Assembly: GCF_013365455.1 (NCBI RefSeq)
Contig: NZ_CP046578.1
Coordinates: 150,001 to 182,000, forward strand
Source: Wolbachia endosymbiont of Dirofilaria (Dirofilaria) immitis
Lineage (GTDB): Bacteria > Pseudomonadota > Alphaproteobacteria > Rickettsiales > Anaplasmataceae
Length of the DNA stretch: 32,000 nucleotides
Reading direction: 5' to 3'
Shown here piece after piece: positions 23,962-32,000 of this stretch; position 1 is the stretch's first letter, and each line of letters starts with the position of its first letter. The notes beneath the pieces are model-generated. The model had not been told where the DNA came from. It worked only from the letters and a program-made list of their open reading frames with translations, and did not search any database. The position numbers and the translations under genes were made by a program.

Positions 23962-24429
23962 CTATTTAATTACATTTATCTTATCCAATGTTCGTTGTAA
24001 AATAATGCATGCGGAAATTTTATCATCTATTTTTTTCGATTTTATAATTGATACTCCAGCGGTCTTTAGTATGTGAGTTGCAATAAATGTTGATAAGCTT
24101 TCATCTTGTAAATATACATTTATTTTATATTTTTTTATCATTCTGTTTGCAAATTGGATTATAGTTTCATACCATTCACTTCTTTGTTTACCTGTTTCCA
24201 GTGGTAGTCCTATTACTACTGAACCAGCTTCATTTTCTTTGAATATTCTATTTAGGTAACCTAAATCTTTGCTTATATTTTTTCTATTATATATGCTATG
24301 AGCTGTAGCTATGAGTTGCGTTCTATCACTAAATGCTATTCCTATTTGCTTTTTTCCCATGTCAAGACACATTATTCGCTTGTCTTTTGGAATGGACTTT
24401 AAAAATTCAGCAGGATTTTTATGTAGCAT
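23962..24429 (-). CDS. ruvX: Putative pre-16S rRNA nuclease / Holliday junction resolvase-like YqgF
   Basis: 155 aa; IMCLDMGKKQIGIAFSD, VIGLPLETGKQRSEW, VYLQDESLSTFIA, DDKISACIILQRTLD. Confidence 0.92.
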   Translation of the reverse strand: MLHKNPAEFLKSIPKDKRIMCLDMGKKQIGIAFSDRTQLIATAHSIYNRKNISKDLGYLNRIFKENEAGSVVIGLPLETGKQRSEWYETIIQFANRMIKKYKINVYLQDESLSTFIATHILKTAGVSIIKSKKIDDKISACIILQRTLDKINVIK

Positions 24430-26241
24430 TTATTGACATGATAAACACTCATCATAATCAATGTCTGCTTTCTGCCATAATATTTCATTTTTTTCAGATA
24501 TATCATGTGAGACCTTGTCAGCTCTCTGCATTGACTGCGATCTACAGTAATATAAACTCTTTAGGTTTTTTTTCCAAGCAAGCATGTGTATTTTGTGTAA
24601 ATAGCGCTTGTGTACATTGGCAGGGAGAAATAAATTTACCGATTGGGATTGACAAATATATGGAGTTCTATCACTTGCGTGTTCTATAATCCATCTTTGA
24701 TCGAGTTCGTACGCTGTTTTAAATGTTAATTTTTCGTGCTCATTAAGGAAGTCTAGATGTTGCACAGAACCTTCGTTTGTTGAGATTGAAGACCATACCT
24801 TATCATTGTCTTGATTTTTTTTTACTAGTAATTTTTGTAAGAATTTGTTTCGTACTACAAATGAACCTGTTAATGTTTTTTGTGTAAATACATTGGCTGC
24901 ATATGGTTCTATTCCAGGAGAGGTGTTACCTGCAATAATAGAAATTGAAGCAGTTGGGGCAATAGCGAGCTTGTGTGTAAATCTTTCCATTAGATTGATT
25001 TCTTTAGCATCAAGGCATGCTCCTTTTTCTTCTGCTAATTTTTTAGAGACTATATCTGCTTGCTCACGCAAATGCTTGAATATTCTTTTATTCCACTGTT
25101 GTGCTGTTACTGACTCAAAAGGAACCATTTTGCTCTGCAAAAATGAGTGAAAGCCCATCACACCAAGACCAATACTACGCTCTCTTATTGCAGAATATTT
25201 TGCTCGCTGTATTTCATCTGGTGCTTTATTTATAAAGTCTTCAAATACGTTATCAAGGAAACGCATTATGTCCTCTATGAAAAATTCACTGTCTTTCCAT
25301 TCTTCATAGTATTCAAGGTTTACTGATGATAGGCAGCATACAGCAGTGCGCGGTTTATTTAGATGGTCATAACCTGTAGTCAAAGTAATTTCACTACATA
25401 GATTTGACATCTTAATATCTAAATTAAGTTTTTTGTAAGATTCTGGCTTATTGTTATTTATTGCATCGAGAAAAATTATATATGGCTCTCCAGTTTCGAC
25501 TCTTGCTATTAATATTTTAACCCATATGTCACGTGCTTTAACAGTTGAAATGACTTTATTACTGTGAGGGCTAATTAAATCCCATTTTAAGTCTCTTTCA
25601 ATTGCTTGCATGAATTCATTGTTTACTATTACAGCATGATGTATATTTAATGCTTTGCGATTTGGATCACCACCTGTTGGCTTACGTATATCAAGAAACT
25701 CTTCTATTTCTGGATGAGATACAGGAAGATAGACCGCTGAACTTCCTCTTCTTAAAGATCCTTGACTAATTGCAAGTGTTAGAGCATTCTGTACTACAAT
25801 GAATGGTACAATCCCTGATGTTTTACCACTTCCCTTTACACTTTCGCCAATTGAACGTAGATTCCCCCAATAACTACCTATTCCTCCTCCACGTGCAGCT
25901 AGCCAAACATTTTCATTCCATAAATCAACTATCCCCTGTAGACTGTCTTCAGTTTCATTAAGGAAACAAGAGATAGGCAACCCTCTGTTGGTACCGCCAT
26001 TGCTGAGTATTGGTGTTGAAGGCATAAACCATAAATTGCTCATGTAATCGTATAAACGCTGTGCATGTTTCTCATTATCGGAGTAGTAGCTGGCAATGCG
26101 TATAAAGAGATCTTGATAACTTTCGTTTTCTGCTAGATACCTATCCAATAGAACTGCTTTTCCAAAGCTGGTCAATTTGATATTTTTTTCGTGGTTAATA
26201 GTAATATTACTCATGAATTCCTCTTTTGTTTTATTGTACAT
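24430..26241 (-). CDS. Ribonucleoside-diphosphate reductase large (alpha) subunit
   Basis: 603 aa; WFMPSTPILSNGGTNRGLPISCFLNETEDS, SRGGGIGSYWGNLRSIGE-type AARGGGIGSYWGN, SQGSLRRGSSAVYLPVSHPEIEEFLDIRKPTGGDPNRK, AVCCLSSVNLEYY, ACLDAKEINLMERFTHKLAIAPTASISIIAGNTSPGIEP. Confidence 0.95.
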   Translation of the reverse strand: MYNKTKEEFMSNITINHEKNIKLTSFGKAVLLDRYLAENESYQDLFIRIASYYSDNEKHAQRLYDYMSNLWFMPSTPILSNGGTNRGLPISCFLNETEDSLQGIVDLWNENVWLAARGGGIGSYWGNLRSIGESVKGSGKTSGIVPFIVVQNALTLAISQGSLRRGSSAVYLPVSHPEIEEFLDIRKPTGGDPNRKALNIHHAVIVNNEFMQAIERDLKWDLISPHSNKVISTVKARDIWVKILIARVETGEPYIIFLDAINNNKPESYKKLNLDIKMSNLCSEITLTTGYDHLNKPRTAVCCLSSVNLEYYEEWKDSEFFIEDIMRFLDNVFEDFINKAPDEIQRAKYSAIRERSIGLGVMGFHSFLQSKMVPFESVTAQQWNKRIFKHLREQADIVSKKLAEEKGACLDAKEINLMERFTHKLAIAPTASISIIAGNTSPGIEPYAANVFTQKTLTGSFVVRNKFLQKLLVKKNQDNDKVWSSISTNEGSVQHLDFLNEHEKLTFKTAYELDQRWIIEHASDRTPYICQSQSVNLFLPANVHKRYLHKIHMLAWKKNLKSLYYCRSQSMQRADKVSHDISEKNEILWQKADIDYDECLSCQ

Positions 26242-26292
26242 GGAAACTGCTTTGAGCAGTAGTGATTTTTAAATTAGGTCTTCCGATTTTTT

Positions 26293-27342
26293 TTATAGAT
26301 GCTGTAGTGCAAATAAGATACCATCAACCTGACTCCCATATATTTTACAGTAACTCATATAGCTTATTTGCATGTTTATTTCTTTTGCAACGCTTCGTAT
26401 ATAACTTTCTGAGTGACGAAAGTAATCTCCTTTATTTACAAAGTCAATACCTTCACCTTCCTTCCTTCTTACTAAGCATATAATTACTCCCTTTTTACTT
26501 ATAGACCTTTTCGCTAGTTCTAGTTCTGTTTGAAAGTCATGTAGATAATGTAACACTTCAGCAAAGATGATGATATCATGCAAGCGATTTCTTTCTTGTT
26601 TGAGAAAATCTGTCATTTCCATATGTATTAGCTCATTGTAAACAGGTTTACCCTTTGTAAAGCATCCTCTGGCAATATTTAGCATTCTATTTGAAATATC
26701 AACTCCTATTATGTAATTTCCGATATTGTGTATTTTTAAGAAGTGGCCACATATTCCGGTTCCACAACCAAGATCAAGCATGTTAAGTGTAGAAGTCAAG
26801 TTGTTGAAGATTTTTATAACTACTGTGTGTATAAGCTCATGACCTCTGTATTGTTTAGCGATTAACCAGTGCTCAACAAAGTACTTGCCAGTATAGTCAA
26901 AGTATTGTTTTATGAGCCTTTTGGGTAATTTTGTAATAGGTGCTAGATTTGTTATTTTTTTTATGTAGTAGGACGCTTCTTCATAATCGGTATCTAATTT
27001 TAATGTCTTTGTTAAGTAAATATAAGCCTTGTTAGTGTTTCCCATTGCGAAATGGCATCTTCCAATGTTATACCAAACTATAGGCAAATTAGAATAAAAT
27101 AAGCTAATTAACCAAAATCTCAGCTTTGCATCTGATATGTTGCCCTTATAGAAGTGATATAAACCAATTTCAATATTGGTGTTTAAGAGATTTTTCGACT
27201 TCTCAAGGAATACAGCTGTTTCTTTATGAAAAGCGTTATATTTATTTATAGCGAGTTGCTTAACTTTTTTAATGTTAAGCATACTGATTAACTTACATAT
27301 AAAACTTGAAACAGCCCTTGTAAAAGATAGATTATTTTTCAT
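26293..27342 (-). CDS. TPR-containing SAM-dependent methyltransferase
   Basis: 349 aa; N-terminal TPR-like IVWYNIGRCHFAMGNTNKAYIYLTKTLKLD, SAM motif I NMLDLGCGTGICGHFL, GVDISNRMLNIAR, IIFAEVLHYL. True start may be an internal ATG (MLNIKKVKQ...). Confidence 0.88.
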   Translation of the reverse strand: MKNNLSFTRAVSSFICKLISMLNIKKVKQLAINKYNAFHKETAVFLEKSKNLLNTNIEIGLYHFYKGNISDAKLRFWLISLFYSNLPIVWYNIGRCHFAMGNTNKAYIYLTKTLKLDTDYEEASYYIKKITNLAPITKLPKRLIKQYFDYTGKYFVEHWLIAKQYRGHELIHTVVIKIFNNLTSTLNMLDLGCGTGICGHFLKIHNIGNYIIGVDISNRMLNIARGCFTKGKPVYNELIHMEMTDFLKQERNRLHDIIIFAEVLHYLHDFQTELELAKRSISKKGVIICLVRRKEGEGIDFVNKGDYFRHSESYIRSVAKEINMQISYMSYCKIYGSQVDGILFALQHL

Positions 27343-27543
27343 ACTTTAAATACCTTGTATGTTCACTATCATTTTTAAGTAGACTTGATTTTCAAAGTAT
27401 TTTATACCATGAAATATTTTTTTCATTGACTTTTGTTATATATAACCCTATTTGAACTCTTATCTAGATGATAAATTTTGCTTATTTAGAGTTGCAAGTA
27501 TATGTTGTTGCCAGTGTAAGTAAATATTTTGTATAAAAAAACG

Positions 27544-27572
27544 TTGACATATTACTTGTTAGCTTTTAGTAT
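27544..27572 (+). promoter_or_regulatory. Candidate sigma70-type promoter for the 23S-5S unit
   Basis: TTGACA (27544-27549), 17 nt spacer, TAGTAT (27567-27572), about 120 nt upstream of the 23S 5' end. Confidence 0.5.
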
Positions 27573-27694
27573 ATAAAAAGTTAACATAACTTAATTTTCA
27601 GATGTTTGACAAGTTTTATGGTAGAGATTAATTTAATCTCAGTTCAGTTTCAATAATATTTAACTCTGCATATTCTACATGTAGTTGTAGTAAA

Positions 27695-30475
<2,781 letters not shown>

Positions 30476-30542
30476 TTTCTATATGTGTATATGCAGTGTT
30501 AAATGTTAATTAAATGTTAAATTGAATTAGAAATTTTTATTG

Positions 30543-30652
30543 ACTTGGTGGCTATGGCAAAAATGAAACACCCGATCTCATCTCGAACTCGGAAGTGAAA
30601 CTTTTTAGCGCTGATGGTACTTGAAAAGGGAGAGTAGGTCGCTGCCAAGTTT
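30543..30652 (+). rRNA. rrf: 5S ribosomal RNA (ends approximate)
   Basis: cttggtggctatggc...acccgatctcatctcgaactcggaagtgaaa...gcgctgatggtact...gagagtaggtcgctgccaag; terminal stem cttggtggc / gctgccaag; about 70 nt after 23S. Confidence 0.95.
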
Positions 30653-30692
30653 ATGAAAATTTCTTTGTTAGCTATAAGTAGTAGATGTACTT

Positions 30693-30953
30693 TTATCTTA
30701 ACTTTCTTGTTTTTATGTGCCCTTGACCCTTTTTTATATCATCTAATATTGTTCCTACCTCTTCTAATTTGCTTTCTTTTAAGGGAAAATTGTTCGTTTC
30801 TATTAGTGTTATATTATTTACTGCTTTTTTTAATAATTCTTCTTGCTGACGGAATGCTGACCTCCAGTCTGTTCCTGTTCCTTTAGGAAGAAATGAAGAT
30901 TGGTACATTTCACCAAAATCTATGTTACTTATCTCTTTTATGTACTCTACCAT
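30693..30953 (-). CDS. Small hypothetical protein (86 aa)
   Basis: Soluble, charged translation (MVEYIKEISNIDFGEMYQSSFLPKGTGTDWRSAFRQQEELLKKAVNNI...) that looks more protein-like than the hydrophobic plus-strand ORF antisense to it; no domain recognised. Confidence 0.5.
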   Translation of the reverse strand: MVEYIKEISNIDFGEMYQSSFLPKGTGTDWRSAFRQQEELLKKAVNNITLIETNNFPLKESKLEEVGTILDDIKKGQGHIKTRKLR

Positions 30954-31035
30954 TTACTGTACCTATTAACTGTTTTTTAAAAATTTTACTTATATTATCG
31001 TAAATAATATAGTTGTAAATACCTGAATTGAGTTT

Positions 31036-31395
31036 TTATTTTATTTTTTTGAAGCAAAAAGTTAGATCTTTCTGTAAGTTTTTATAGCTTGCTTGCACAA
31101 TATTTCTATGAGTTATTATTATATAATAGTATCCGGTATTGCTTGCATTTAAGATGTTCATTCTAATAAGCATTCGTAATCGCCTTTTGATTTTATTTCT
31201 TTTTGTTGCTTTCCCAACTTTTTTACTGATAACTAGACCTGCCCTAATAGTATAAATGTACTTTTCTGGTTCTCTTTCTTTTATGGTGTATAGTGATATG
31301 TAGAACCCATGGTAAAAAAAGCTGCTAGGTGCCAGCTTATTTTTAAAAGCAAATGAAAAGTCTTTTTTTTTATACTTGATAGCTTCACTATGCAC
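31036..31395 (-). CDS. rnpA: Ribonuclease P protein component
   Basis: 119 aa; [28 protein letters not shown] is the RnpA signature; GTG start overlapping the upstream rpmH stop region. Confidence 0.93.
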   Translation of the reverse strand: MHSEAIKYKKKDFSFAFKNKLAPSSFFYHGFYISLYTIKEREPEKYIYTIRAGLVISKKVGKATKRNKIKRRLRMLIRMNILNASNTGYYYIIITHRNIVQASYKNLQKDLTFCFKKIK

Positions 31396-31522
31396 ATAAT
31401 TTTTTGCATCCTAATGAGCGACGCCTATTGAGTATTTTTCTTCCAGCTTTTGTTGCTACACGTGAGCGGAAGCCATGTCTACGTTTTCTTATCAGATTTT
31501 TTGGCTGAAATGTTCTTTTCAT
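31388..31522 (-). CDS. rpmH: 50S ribosomal protein L34
   Basis: 44 aa read from the minus strand: [44 protein letters not shown]. Absent from the supplied ORF track. Confidence 0.95.
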   Translation of the reverse strand: MKRTFQPKNLIRKRRHGFRSRVATKAGRKILNRRRSLGCKKLCA

Positions 31523-31649
31523 TATTTTTATAAGTATACTTAATTATTTTAGTTTATTTTACTTTATTGTCAAATAGTGTTTGCATTGGTATATACTAGA
31601 TATTCTTTAAAATTGTATTACTCTTAAAGTAAGGTTCAAGTGTGAGTAG

Positions 31650-32000
31650 ATGAATTCGGTGACAATAATCCTTTTCATACCTGCACTGCTAGTCCTTTTG
31701 TTTTACTTTAGTAAGTTTCAACAAGTAGATAAAGTTAAAGCTTATTTATGTCTTAGTTGTACATGGATATTAACTTGGTTGTTAATATTTTGTAACAGTT
31801 ATTTTGTAACTTCTATCGCTATAGCGTTACTTTTTTTCATGTTTGCTTTTATCTTTAGATGCAATAAGATGATCAAGCTTTTATTGTTTATGGCTCTTAT
31901 CATATCATTTTTTATCGCTTTATTTATAATGCTGTCTATTCTTACCCAATCTGTTAATTTTTTTAGAGAAATAGCTATTTCAGAATTTTTATTTTGTTTG
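31650..32000 (+). CDS. Integral membrane protein, 3' end outside window
   Basis: ATG at 31650 opens a frame with no stop to the window end: MNSVTIILFIPALLVLLFYFSKFQQVDKVKAYLCLSCTWILTWLLIFCNSYFVTSIAIALLFFMFAFIFRCNKMIKLLLFMALISFFIALFIMLSILTQSVNFFREIAISEFLFCL. Absent from the ORF track, presumably because it is edge-truncated. Confidence 0.6.
   Translation, partial: MNSVTIILFIPALLVLLFYFSKFQQVDKVKAYLCLSCTWILTWLLIFCNSYFVTSIAIALLFFMFAFIFRCNKMIKLLLFMALIISFFIALFIMLSILTQSVNFFREIAISEFLFCL

Noticed and set aside
24333-25150. Plus-strand ORFs 24333..24689 and 24845..25150
   Set aside because: Antisense to ruvX and the ribonucleotide reductase gene; no family signal.

Overview
This 32 kb window is AT-rich and looks like a chromosome segment from a reduced-genome alphaproteobacterium, most likely Rickettsiales/Anaplasmataceae (Ehrlichia/Neoehrlichia/Wolbachia-like; this is inference). 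It is mostly housekeeping: purH, miaA, recJ, a membrane-anchored cytochrome c, an alpha/beta hydrolase, gyrB, tRNA-Ser(GGA), an oxidoreductase fragment, 5-formyl-THF cyclo-ligase, mutS, glyQ-glyS-uvrC, ruvX, a ribonucleotide reductase large subunit, a TPR-methyltransferase, 23S-5S rRNA with no adjacent 16S, and rnpA-rpmH. Coding density by protein genes is only about two thirds. The most interesting signal is gene decay. The 'intergenic' region between purH and miaA holds a heavily degraded recG pseudogene on the minus strand, apparently missing the Walker A region. uvrC ends early and is followed by a recognisable out-of-frame relic of its C-terminal helix-hairpin-helix domain. A conserved oxidoreductase C-terminal domain appears as a short stand-alone ORF directly after tRNA-Ser. 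The provided ORF track misses rpmH and an edge-truncated membrane ORF at the right end. I found no evidence for CRISPR arrays, insertion sequences, toxin-antitoxin modules, defence systems or other novel multi-gene systems.
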